Assembly: GCA_031279745.1 (NCBI GenBank)
Contig: JAITHN010000026.1
Span: 1-33,241, forward strand
Direction: 5' to 3'
Source of the DNA: Streptococcaceae bacterium
Lineage (GTDB): Bacteria > Bacillota > Bacilli > Lactobacillales > Streptococcaceae
DNA: 33,241 nucleotides
A program made the position numbers and the translations under genes. Below are positions 8,031-16,844 of the stretch, piece by piece (position 1 is the first letter of the stretch; every line of letters begins with the position of its first letter). Below the pieces are notes generated by a model. It had not been told where the DNA came from. It did not search any database and was given only the letters and a program-made list of their open reading frames with translations.

Positions 8031-9062
8031 ATGAAAAAAGGACTAACGATAATGGGGATCGTGTTTGCTTGTTTTTTCTTAGGGAATCTTGCATTCGCAG
8101 ATGCGGAGTATAATATTGAAGCGGTAACGTCAAATCATCAGTTGGATAAAAAGAAAAGTTACTTTGATTTGAGGGTGAAACCTGGGGAAGAATTTGACAT
8201 CGAACTCTTCATTAACAACACGTCGAAACAAGATGCAAGTTTCACGGTCGATGCGAATACAGCAACAACGAACCCAGCATTGAATATCAATTACAGTCAG
8301 AAAAATCCAGAATTAGACAAATCGATGAGATTCGTATTTAGCAAAATGGCGAAAGTTGATAGGAGGAAGGTAACGATTCCTCCTACGTCAAGGAAAAAAG
8401 TGGTGATCCATCTTAAGATTCCAAATGAGCGATTCAATGGCATGGTTTTAGGAGGCATCCACGTTCGGCGAGAATTGAACGCAGCCGAGAAGGAAACAAG
8501 TGGATATGTGAACCGATTTTCTTATGTAAAAGGCGTAAAACTCACTCAAAATGATGGTTTGGTTGAGGGAGATTTAAAGCTACTGGATGTAGTGGGTGAG
8601 GAGCAGCATAACCGCATCAAAGTAAAATCGCTCATTCAAAATCCAACAAGTGCGGCGATCGGCCCACTAAAATGGGTCTGTACCATGACGAATAAGCAAA
8701 CTGGAATCTTAGTCAAAGAGCAAGAGCAAGACCAGGCAGTGATTGCGCCAAACACCCAATTTCCTTATTATCTTGATTTTGATCCTGGAAAATTAAAGAC
8801 GGGAAGTTACCACCTCAAAATCGTCGCAACCTTACAGACGGGGAAAGAGTGGGTTTTAGAGAGAGATTTTGACGTAACGTTGAAAGACGTAGAGGGCTCG
8901 ACGGATATTCCAAGAACTGGGTTCCATATGGAGGCGAAAACCGCTTCAAAACATACTTTCCTATTTGCTGCAATGGGTGCCGCCTTCGCAACATTTCTTT
9001 TCTTTATCATAATATGGAAACGCAGAAAAAAAGAGGAGGAGGAAGAGGAAAATGCTGAATAA
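8031..9062 (+). CDS. DUF916/DUF3324 WxL-interacting membrane protein (CscA-like)
   Basis: Signal peptide; HQLDKKKSYFDLRVKPG, ANTATTN, GMVLGGIHV, NRFSY, LIQNPT and IAPNTQF motifs; C-terminal TM followed by KRRKK. ATG 8031 has a GGGGAG RBS. Confidence 0.93.
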   Translation: MKKGLTIMGIVFACFFLGNLAFADAEYNIEAVTSNHQLDKKKSYFDLRVKPGEEFDIELFINNTSKQDASFTVDANTATTNPALNINYSQKNPELDKSMRFVFSKMAKVDRRKVTIPPTSRKKVVIHLKIPNERFNGMVLGGIHVRRELNAAEKETSGYVNRFSYVKGVKLTQNDGLVEGDLKLLDVVGEEQHNRIKVKSLIQNPTSAAIGPLKWVCTMTNKQTGILVKEQEQDQAVIAPNTQFPYYLDFDPGKLKTGSYHLKIVATLQTGKEWVLERDFDVTLKDVEGSTDIPRTGFHMEAKTASKHTFLFAAMGAAFATFLFFIIIWKRRKKEEEEEENAE

Positions 9063-10995
9063 AAAAAGTTTAACTTTTGGTTTTCGGTACATCTTCTTGT
9101 TTTCGTTTCTTCTTCTCGTCTTGATTGGGAAAGCAGAGACGGCAAAAGCTTATAGCGTAGACGGTCAAGGTAGAGCGTTAGTCACGAATAAAAAAGATAT
9201 TGCGGATGCGATCTCGATTCTGAACGGTGGGGCGGCGACCCAAGCGAAACCCGCTATCACCTCAACTCCTCCAGAACTCGTTTTTCAAAACGACATTTAT
9301 TGTACCAACGCCAACCAAACGGATGGGAAATTACAGATTACGAAAGCAGGAACGGCGTCATCCCCTTTTGAGGTGGTCATCAATGGAAACGGGAATCGTT
9401 ATACTTATGGAACTGATTCCTCTAACAACGGAAATTCTTTAGGGGGTACAGGTGCCTATCAAACCATTACCTTTAAAAATATGAATATTGGAAACTTGGA
9501 CAGAACTTCTCCGATTGGAACGGAGGATGCCTCCAAAATAATTCGGGGAGTAAATGCAAATGCCCCGAGTTTGACTGGAGAGTATTACGGAATCTATTAT
9601 GTTTCAAGTAAAAACGGGATTACAGTAAAGCTCGAGAATGTCAATTATGTTGCAGGGAAGTGGGGGCAACTACTTTACTGTTCGGGAACAGGAAATAAAT
9701 TACTTTTATCTGGCAACAACAATATTATCTATCCAAAAGGGGCAAAAGAAGCGCAAGAATTGTTGGAAGGTCCAGTGGGAATTGAATTAACAGATGGGAC
9801 AACGAACATACTGATTGAAAACAATAATGACAGCCATTCCATTATTAATTCGAGTTATTCCAGTTCAAATCCTGCATTCATCAAAGTCCCCGCAGGAGCT
9901 CGCCTTAACCTGACAGATAGTGGGGGAACGAATGGAGGGCTTTTTGTAGGAGGTTTACTTGCACCGTTAGAAATCAATGTTGGAGGAGAGTTCAATATTG
10001 ACTCCACGGGAAGCAGCAGAAATTTTACGACCACAACTTTTTCCAGTATTCAACTCAACGTTGCAAAAAATGCGAAATTCACTTCTAAAGGAAATTGGAA
10101 TTGGAATTTGTTTACCTATTCATCAAGTGGGAAATGTACAATTACCGCCGAAGAGGGGAGTTATATTGATTTTTCAAGAGGAAATGGACGGATTTTTTCT
10201 GGAACACCGAATGCAACGAATTCTAAAATAATCTTGAATAATCCTCGTTATGCCGCATTTCGGAGTTCGACAAACAATTCGGTTTTTGGAAGTAGCTATA
10301 AGAATCTAAAGATTCAATGTGCCCAAGGGATGGCTGCTTACGCCTATTCGGTCACAGCTCCAATTGATGATGATGTTGAAATGAATGAGGATCAATTTGC
10401 GGCAAGCGAAGCGCAATTGAGTGGTTTAGTGCGAGCAGTCGACACAAGCACGGTAACCGATGCTGACTTTGCGACAGTGAACACCCTCTTTCCAAATGCA
10501 ACAACCATAAAGAGTTTTAAAGAGTCCAAAGCGATTGTATTCAAAAATCAGTCGGTATGGTGGATTGAAAAACCATCCAATACGTTATATTACAATTATG
10601 GACTGAACGAAATCTACCAAGCGGTCGGAGAAGGGGATTTTCTTGCTTCCAGAAATGATCCGGTAGAGGCAAACAATATCATAAAAATCAACGTGAGAGA
10701 TGACCGGTCTGTTTCCAATGGAAGTTTTCAAATTAGCTGTACTCAAACGGATATGGTGAATGCTAAGGGGAAGACGATTCAACCGCTTGTCATGAAGGAG
10801 CTAGACGGTTCTGTGAAAGCGTTGAATAGTTGGGTTCTTACCCGCACGAGCTCTGGGGTCAGTGTCGGAAAATTCAATACCGATTCAACGATTTCATTTG
10901 ATAAAAACCATGGTGTCCTTGCAAATGTTAACATTCAGATGGGGGCAGGAGAGTTCAAAGGAGTCGTAGATTGGACGATTGTCGAATCCATATAA
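9052..10995 (+). CDS. Large secreted surface protein with probable beta-helix region and C-terminal WxL-like domain (CscC-like)
   Basis: Signal peptide; N/G/S/T-rich beta repeats (VVINGNGNRY, ITFKNMNI, VKLENVNY); C-terminal INVRDDR...GEFKGVVDWTIVES. Confidence 0.78.
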   Translation: MLNKKSLTFGFRYIFLFSFLLLVLIGKAETAKAYSVDGQGRALVTNKKDIADAISILNGGAATQAKPAITSTPPELVFQNDIYCTNANQTDGKLQITKAGTASSPFEVVINGNGNRYTYGTDSSNNGNSLGGTGAYQTITFKNMNIGNLDRTSPIGTEDASKIIRGVNANAPSLTGEYYGIYYVSSKNGITVKLENVNYVAGKWGQLLYCSGTGNKLLLSGNNNIIYPKGAKEAQELLEGPVGIELTDGTTNILIENNNDSHSIINSSYSSSNPAFIKVPAGARLNLTDSGGTNGGLFVGGLLAPLEINVGGEFNIDSTGSSRNFTTTTFSSIQLNVAKNAKFTSKGNWNWNLFTYSSSGKCTITAEEGSYIDFSRGNGRIFSGTPNATNSKIILNNPRYAAFRSSTNNSVFGSSYKNLKIQCAQGMAAYAYSVTAPIDDDVEMNEDQFAASEAQLSGLVRAVDTSTVTDADFATVNTLFPNATTIKSFKESKAIVFKNQSVWWIEKPSNTLYYNYGLNEIYQAVGEGDFLASRNDPVEANNIIKINVRDDRSVSNGSFQISCTQTDMVNAKGKTIQPLVMKELDGSVKALNSWVLTRTSSGVSVGKFNTDSTISFDKNHGVLANVNIQMGAGEFKGVVDWTIVESI

Positions 10996-11045
10996 CGGAT
11001 ATATGCAAAACATTCATTTTTGACTCAAGATGCCTAAAAATTTAT

Positions 11046-11083
11046 GAAGACGAGTGGTCTATTCCACCCGTCTTTTTACTTTT
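11046..11083 (+). terminator. Intrinsic terminator of the WxL cluster
   Basis: AAGACGAGTGG-loop-CCACCCGTCTT followed by a T-rich tail. Confidence 0.75.
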
Positions 11084-11274
11084 ACGCATGGCTCTGGCTT
11101 CATGTTCCTATTGAAGGCAACGTTATCGATTGTGAGGAGTTCGTTCGTAGCGGGCAAGACTTAGAAAAGTGTGTATAAGACGAACGTTTTCGCGTTTTTT
11201 TTTCAAAGCGGATATTAAAAAATAGCGCTGTTATTTTTTCTATTTTATACTGTATGAATAGATAGGGGGGGCTT

Positions 11275-12582
11275 ATGAAAAAAGAACTAAATTTTTTTAC
11301 AGCATTTTCGACGGTTGTAGGGATCGTCATTGGAGAAGGAGTATTCTTTTAGATTGCATCGATGACGGCATTGACCCATTCAGCATGTCTGAACATTCTT
11401 GCGTGGGTGGTGAGCGGTGGATTTACGGTTGCAGCAGGACTCACTGTTGCAGAATTGGCAACAATGTTTCCAGAAACAGGTGGTGCAGTTAAATATCTCG
11501 AACACACTTATGGGAAATTGGTCGGCTTTTTATTTGGTTGGGGGCAAATTTTAATTTACTATCCTGCAAACATCGCAGCGCTTTCTATCATTTTTGGGAC
11601 GCAAGCCGTAAACTTGCTAGGAATTGATAAAGACTTTCAGCTTCCCATAGCCATAGGAGTCGGACTGATGCAACTATTGGTTCATCTTTTTGGAACAAAA
11701 GCAGGAGCAGTTGTACAGCAAATTGCGACCGTTTTAAAAATTATTCCAGTCGTCCTCATCATAGTCTTTGGACTTCTTCATCAAGGACCAGTAGAAGTTT
11801 CGCTTTTCCCCGTTCAAGCTGGAGGGGACAAACCGTTATTAACTGCACTTGCAAGTGCTGTTTTAGCAAGTATGTTTGCCTTTGATGGTTGGATGAGTGT
11901 TGGAAATATTTCAGGGGAGATGAAACGTCCTGAGAAGGATTTGGTTCGTGCCATTGTTTCTGGATTACTCATGATTACTTTCCTTTATATTGCGATTAGT
12001 ATGGTTTTCTTGAATTACCTACCTATCGGTGAAATTGCAGGAAATCAAAACACGGCGTCACAGGTCGCCTCTCTTCTCTTTGGAAAACACGGAGGGAAAC
12101 TCGTGACCATTGGAATCTTGATTAGTGTGTATGGAACTGCAAATGGCTATACTTTGACGGGGTCACGCGTTCCGTTTGCCCTTGGAGAAGAAGGGATTCT
12201 TCCGTTTTCTAAACAATGGGTGAAATTAAATCGTTTTGGAAGTCCATTTGCATCCATTCTCCTTATTATCAGTCTTTCGATTGGGATGATGTTTGTCGGA
12301 AGTTTTGACTTATTAACAGATTTACTCATCTTTGTGACTTGGATATTCTCCTTCTTACTCTTTCAGGCAGTGTTCATCCTTAGGAAAAGGCTGCCAGATG
12401 TCAACCGACCGTATAAAGTTTGGGGATATCCTATCATTCCAATCATCGCCTTGATTGGAGCAGTAACAATCATGGGGATTACGCTTCTCACACAACCCAT
12501 TCTTGCACTAATTGGGATTGTGGTTACAGGACTTGGAATTCCCGTTTACCTTATTCGAAAAAACAAACAAAGTCTTGAATAA
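11275..12582 (+). pseudogene. APC/LAT-family amino acid permease (SteT-like) interrupted by in-frame TAG at 11350-11352
   Basis: ATG 11275 with a G-rich RBS reads MKKELNFFTAFSTVVGIVIGEGVFF*IASMTAL, in frame with the 406-aa ORF (AELATMFPETGG, FAFDGW, GEMKRPEKDL, RPYKVWGYP). Confidence 0.8.
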
Positions 12583-12587
12583 ACGTG

Positions 12588-12627
12588 AACACTTGGAGTC
12601 GAAGGCATCGATTTCAAGTGTTTTTTT
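12588..12627 (+). terminator. Intrinsic terminator after the permease
   Basis: AACACTTGGAGTCGA-AGGCA-TCGATTTCAAGTGTT followed by a T run. Confidence 0.8.
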
Positions 12628-12660
12628 AAGAAGAAAAAGCTTATCGGAGTGATGGAGAAG

Positions 12661-12669
12661 TGCTATAAT
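12661..12669 (+). promoter_or_regulatory. Extended -10 promoter of recR-yaiI-ddl
   Basis: TGCTATAAT ending 28 bp upstream of the recR ATG; AAGGAGG RBS. Confidence 0.65.
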
Positions 12670-12697
12670 AAGCGTATTGATTTTTAAGGAGGGACAC

Positions 12698-13291
12698 ATG
12701 TATCCAGAGCCGATAGCAAGACTTATCGATAGTTTTCTAAAGCTTCCTGGGATTGGACAAAAAACGGCGACACGCTTAGCTTTTTATTCAATCGAGATGG
12801 ATGAAGACGATGTAGCACTTTTCGCCAAAAGCCTCCTTTCTGCTAAACGGGATTTAAGCTACTGCACCATTTGTGGGAATTTAACTAAGGACGACCCTTG
12901 TGATATATGCAAAGACAATTCAAGAGATGGCTCAACGATTTTGGTGGTTGAAGAGACAAAAGATGTTTTAGCAATGGAAAAGATGCGTAACTATCACGGG
13001 TATTACCACGTTCTTCATGGAGTGATTTCTCCAATTGAAGGCGTTGGGCCAGATGATTTAAACCTTGCGAGTCTACTTCAACGCTTGCACAATCCTGAGG
13101 TTCAAGAAGTTATTTTGGCAACCAATGCCAATACAGAGGGTGAAGCGACTGCCATGTATCTCTCTCGGTTAATCAAGCCATCAGGGATTACAGTTTCAAG
13201 ACTAGCTCATGGCTTGTCCGTCGGAAGCGATATTGAGTATGCAGATGAGGTGACGCTTGCAAAAGCAGTGGAAGGTAGGCGAGAACTCTAA
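12698..13291 (+). CDS. recR: Recombination mediator RecR
   Basis: [30 protein letters not shown]4 zinc finger, TOPRIM domain ([14 protein letters not shown]). Confidence 0.98.
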   Translation: MYPEPIARLIDSFLKLPGIGQKTATRLAFYSIEMDEDDVALFAKSLLSAKRDLSYCTICGNLTKDDPCDICKDNSRDGSTILVVEETKDVLAMEKMRNYHGYYHVLHGVISPIEGVGPDDLNLASLLQRLHNPEVQEVILATNANTEGEATAMYLSRLIKPSGITVSRLAHGLSVGSDIEYADEVTLAKAVEGRREL

Positions 13292-13755
13292 TGGCAAGAA
13301 AAATATATATTGATGGGGATGGTTCTCCAGTAAAAGAAGACGTCTTTGAAATCTCCAGTGCATACGGCATTGATGTAGTATTAGTGACAAGTCTTGACCA
13401 TTATTCATCTAAGGAAGTTCCTGAAAATGTGAAACTCGTGTATGTAGATGCGGGAAGAGATGCGGCGGATTTCAAGATTGTTCAGCTGATTCAGAAAAAT
13501 GACATTCTCATCACGCAAGACTATGGATTGGCATCTCTTGTACTAGGAAAAGGCGCGCTTCCATTGCATCAACTAGGGTTTATCTATACTTCTGGGAATA
13601 TAGATTCACTTCTACAAAGCCGATTTTTACATCAATTGGATAGAAAAAATGGGAATCGAACAAGAGGTCCAAAACCTTTTACAAAAGAGAATCATGATGT
13701 ATTCCAGCAAAAACTTATCGACATCATTCAGTCAAATTATAGTGGAGGAAGATAG
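13291..13755 (+). CDS. YaiI/YqxD family protein (DUF188)
   Basis: IYIDGDGSPVK, DAADF, ITQDYGLA and GPKPF motifs; TAATG coupling to recR. Confidence 0.92.
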   Translation: MARKIYIDGDGSPVKEDVFEISSAYGIDVVLVTSLDHYSSKEVPENVKLVYVDAGRDAADFKIVQLIQKNDILITQDYGLASLVLGKGALPLHQLGFIYTSGNIDSLLQSRFLHQLDRKNGNRTRGPKPFTKENHDVFQQKLIDIIQSNYSGGR

Positions 13756-14819
13756 TGAAAAATCTTATTGTTATTTATGGTGGAAGATCAGCTGAGAGAG
13801 AAATCTCTGTATTAACGGCATTCAGTGTTTTGAAATCGATTGACTATAGCCGATATACGGTTAAGTCTGTTTTTATTTCAAAAGAAGGAAGCTGGGTGAA
13901 AGGACCGGTCTACACAGCTCCACCTCTAGAAGAAAACCAGCTGCATTTAACGTATGGCGAGGAAGCTTCCCAGCCAACAGGGGAAATCATATCCCCTAGC
14001 GTGATTAGTGACTTAGGCGAGATCGCCTTTCCACTTCTTCATGGACCAATGGGAGAAGATGGAACGATTCAAGGATTCTTTGAAACCATTGGCATGCCTT
14101 ATGTAGGGTGCGGGGTGATGGCAAGTGCAAATGGAATGGATAAAATTCTAACAAAATACTTACTAGAGATTGCCAAAATTCCTCAAGTTCCTTTCGTTCC
14201 AGTGAGCGCAGTTGAGTGGAAAGAAGAGAAGGAAAAAGTGATTCAACGCTGTCTTGGGATCGCAAAATTCCCGATGTTTGTGAAACCTTCAAACATGGGG
14301 TCAAGTGTGGGAATTACGAGGGCTGAGAATATAGCGGAACTTGAAGATGCCATACAAGTGGCATTTGAATATGATGGACGTGTGGTCGTTGAACAAGGGG
14401 TGGATGCTAGAGAAATCGAAGTAGGTTTGCTTGGAAACGGAGACATCCAAACAACTCTTCCAGGAGAAATCGTGAAAGACGTTGCTTTTTACGACTACAA
14501 TGCAAAATACATTGATAATAAAATTACGATGGCGATTCCAGCAGAAATTTCTGAAGAAACAATGGCACTTGCAAGAACCTATGCAAAACGTGCATTTAAA
14601 ATTCTAGATGGAAGCGGACTTGCTCGCTGTGATTTCTTCTTAACGAAGGATGGCGAGTTATTCCTCAATGAATTGAATACCATGCCTGGATTCACACAGT
14701 TTTCAATGTATCCATCTCTTTGGAAAAATATGGGGATTGAATATGCAGATTTGATTGAACGATTGATTCAACTTGGAGAAGAACGTTTCGCCCAAAGGGA
14801 AAAATATTTTGAAAAGTAA
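13755..14819 (+). CDS. ddl: D-alanine--D-alanine ligase
   Basis: YGGRSAERE, LHGPMGEDG, VKPSNMGSSVG, FYDYNAKY and NELNTMPGFT; GTG start overlaps the upstream TAG. Confidence 0.97.
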   Translation: MKNLIVIYGGRSAEREISVLTAFSVLKSIDYSRYTVKSVFISKEGSWVKGPVYTAPPLEENQLHLTYGEEASQPTGEIISPSVISDLGEIAFPLLHGPMGEDGTIQGFFETIGMPYVGCGVMASANGMDKILTKYLLEIAKIPQVPFVPVSAVEWKEEKEKVIQRCLGIAKFPMFVKPSNMGSSVGITRAENIAELEDAIQVAFEYDGRVVVEQGVDAREIEVGLLGNGDIQTTLPGEIVKDVAFYDYNAKYIDNKITMAIPAEISEETMALARTYAKRAFKILDGSGLARCDFFLTKDGELFLNELNTMPGFTQFSMYPSLWKNMGIEYADLIERLIQLGEERFAQREKYFEK

Positions 14820-14833
14820 TCCATATGCTTAAG

Positions 14834-14920
14834 CAAAAAGCGCACTGAACATGTTGTGAGTTCCTAAAGTTAGATTTTTGGTCTATCTTTAGGAGGTCGT
14901 TACACATTCAGTGCGCTTTG
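14834..14920. repeat. Long imperfect palindrome between convergent genes (bidirectional terminator or REP-like)
   Basis: AAAGCGCACTGAA...TTCAGTGCGCTTT outer stem; inner TCCTAAAG/CTTTAGGA stem. Confidence 0.75.
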
Positions 14921-14967
14921 TTTGTAAATTAGTTGCGCTTCCACTCTGCTCAGTCAGGCTTTGGAAA

Positions 14968-15600
14968 CTACTTGTTCCAGTGTTTTGTAGCATCAAACGG
15001 TTCGCCGACGGTTGCCTGATCTTCTGTTAAAACGAGGATTCCACGAACGTCTGGGGCGTTTGGAAGAGATAACTCTCTAGGCGAAGCGAGCATTCCGAAA
15101 CTTGCCACTCCTCGGAGTTCTCCTTCCCAAATAATCAGTCCGTTAGGCATCATGGCGCCGACTTTTGCGACAACGACAAGTTGGCCCTGTTCAATATTTG
15201 GTGCGCCAGCAACAATTTGAAGAACTTCGCCATGATCAACTTGCACCTGAGCGATATTCAAATGATCGCTATCAGGGTGAGGAACGAGTTCTTGAACACG
15301 CCCAATGACAAATTTTGGTGTAGTGTCTGAGATGATTCGCTCAGAAAAATCATTTTGACTCAATTCCTTGTTTAGAATTTCAACCTCTCGTTCATCAAGG
15401 GTAATTTGCCCATCAGGTTGAGTGAAGGTTAGGATTTCGGAAGCATCGAAAATATTCCAAGCAACCGTTTCACCAGTTTCTTTCAGGAAAACACGTGAAA
15501 CGCGTCCACGTCTTTCAAAATCAACTGGATTTCTCCCGTCGTTTTTGACCAAAATAAGTAAAACATCTCCAACTGCGTGTTTATTATAAGAAAAAATCAT
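14968..15600 (-). CDS. YtpR family tRNA-binding protein (DUF4479 + tRNA_bind)
   Basis: MIFSYNKHAVGDVL, HPDSDHL, QIVAGAPN, GELRGVASFGML. AGGAG RBS supports start 15600 rather than 15708. Confidence 0.92.
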   Translation of the reverse strand: MIFSYNKHAVGDVLLILVKNDGRNPVDFERRGRVSRVFLKETGETVAWNIFDASEILTFTQPDGQITLDEREVEILNKELSQNDFSERIISDTTPKFVIGRVQELVPHPDSDHLNIAQVQVDHGEVLQIVAGAPNIEQGQLVVVAKVGAMMPNGLIIWEGELRGVASFGMLASPRELSLPNAPDVRGILVLTEDQATVGEPFDATKHWNK

Positions 15601-15616
15601 AGGTACTCCTGTATTT

Positions 15617-16066
15617 TTATTTTTGTGGTCCAATGACCATGACATCACACGGTGCCTTGCGAATGATGTAATCAGCAATACTTCCAATGAAAAAACGTTC
15701 AAAACCATTTAATCCGCTCTGCCCAACAACGATTAAATCGATGGAATATTTTTCTGGAAGTAAATGTGTCATCAACTCTCTCGTATTTCCATGGATGATC
15801 TTTGATTCAACGTCATGAAAATCAATGCCATGCGCCCAATCGATGATTTCAGCATGCAAACGAGTAAATTCTTGAATCAAGTGTTCGTTGGCACTTTCGC
15901 TCACCTGTCCAAAGCCAACTAGGTCGTAGGTTGAATTTTGGAGAATGGTAACGGCATAGATTTTCGCATGATTCCGTCTTGCAATCTCAATCGCACATTC
16001 ATAGGCATAGTTTGCCTGAGGGCTTCCATCAATCCCGACTAAAATGTTTGAATATTCTTGTTCCAT
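15617..16066 (-). CDS. Universal stress protein (UspA family)
   Basis: YSNILVGIDGS...DLIVVGQSG...IGSIADYIIRKAPCDVMVI. Confidence 0.95.
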   Translation of the reverse strand: MEQEYSNILVGIDGSPQANYAYECAIEIARRNHAKIYAVTILQNSTYDLVGFGQVSESANEHLIQEFTRLHAEIIDWAHGIDFHDVESKIIHGNTRELMTHLLPEKYSIDLIVVGQSGLNGFERFFIGSIADYIIRKAPCDVMVIGPQK

Positions 16067-16070
16067 AGAC

Positions 16071-16388
16071 TCACCTGTTTAATCCTTTAAGAAACTCCGT
16101 GATCTGCGCTTTCGTCTTTCTTTCTTTATTGACATATCGCCCGACTTCCTTACCTTCTCTAAGAGCGACAAAGCTTGGAATGCCGAAAATATCCCACTGA
16201 ATCGCCAAATCGATAAATTTATCACGGTCGATTTCAACAAAAGTAAATTCAGGGAATTCCGCCTCGATTTCAGGCAATTGAGGATGGATAAAACGGCAGT
16301 CGCCACACCAACCTGCGGTAAAGAATAGGACGACATCTTTTGTTTCTATCCATTCTGCGATTTTCTCATAACTATTTGGAATGATCAT
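16071..16388 (-). CDS. Thioredoxin family protein (YtpP-like)
   Basis: FTAGWCGDC active site, GIPSF; conserved context with pepA and ytpR. Confidence 0.93.
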   Translation of the reverse strand: MIIPNSYEKIAEWIETKDVVLFFTAGWCGDCRFIHPQLPEIEAEFPEFTFVEIDRDKFIDLAIQWDIFGIPSFVALREGKEVGRYVNKERKTKAQITEFLKGLNR

Positions 16389-16391
16389 GAT

Positions 16392-16736
16392 TTAAGCATC
16401 TTCCTCCTCAACTTCTTCGATGTGAACGAGCGTCCCTGTTTTTGCATCTGCTAGGAATTTGTAAGTCGTGATCTGCTCACCTGTTAAACGAGTGATTCCT
16501 CCTTCAAAAACTGGGATGGAAAGATCCAACTGTTGAAATTCTTGAACTTCTTGGAAAATCCAACTCGCTTGAATCTCTCCATTTGTAGAAAAATGTTTCT
16601 TCACTTTTTTCAAGATTCGCTGGCTCGTAAGTTTTTTTTCTTTGTAAGCTTTCATGGAAGTAAGTCCTGTAACTAAACCAAATGCAAATCCGCAACCCAA
16701 TCCGAAACCTAGAAGCTGCTCTTCATTTTTTTTCAT
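16392..16736 (-). CDS. PepSY-domain protein (YtzB-like)
   Basis: N-terminal Gly-rich TM, SWI, GGITR, FLADAKTG; divergent from pepA. Confidence 0.8.
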   Translation of the reverse strand: MKKNEEQLLGFGLGCGFAFGLVTGLTSMKAYKEKKLTSQRILKKVKKHFSTNGEIQASWIFQEVQEFQQLDLSIPVFEGGITRLTGEQITTYKFLADAKTGTLVHIEEVEEEDA

Positions 16737-16788
16737 AGTCCCCTCCCTCTATCGTGAATCTATTTTACCATAAGTAGTGCTCGAAACT

Positions 16789-16817
16789 GTGACAAAAGGG
16801 GAGGAAAAAGGTATAAT
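16789..16817 (+). promoter_or_regulatory. Sigma-70 promoter of pepA
   Basis: GTGACA-17 bp-TATAAT. A divergent extended -10, TGGTAAAAT, lies on the minus strand at 16762-16770. Confidence 0.7.
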
Positions 16818-16844
16818 AAAAAAATCGGAAGTTAAGGAGTGACT

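Noticed and set aside
6056-11100. WxL cluster as a mobile island
   Set aside because: No integrase, transposase or flanking direct repeats, and no obvious compositional shift by eye.
11350-11352. Pyrrolysine or genome-wide amber recoding
   Set aside because: TAG is a normal stop for mfd, yaiI and rlmH in this window, and no pyl genes are seen.
13755-14819. van-type resistance ligase
   Set aside because: Housekeeping context, Tyr-type omega loop, and no vanH/X/R/S.
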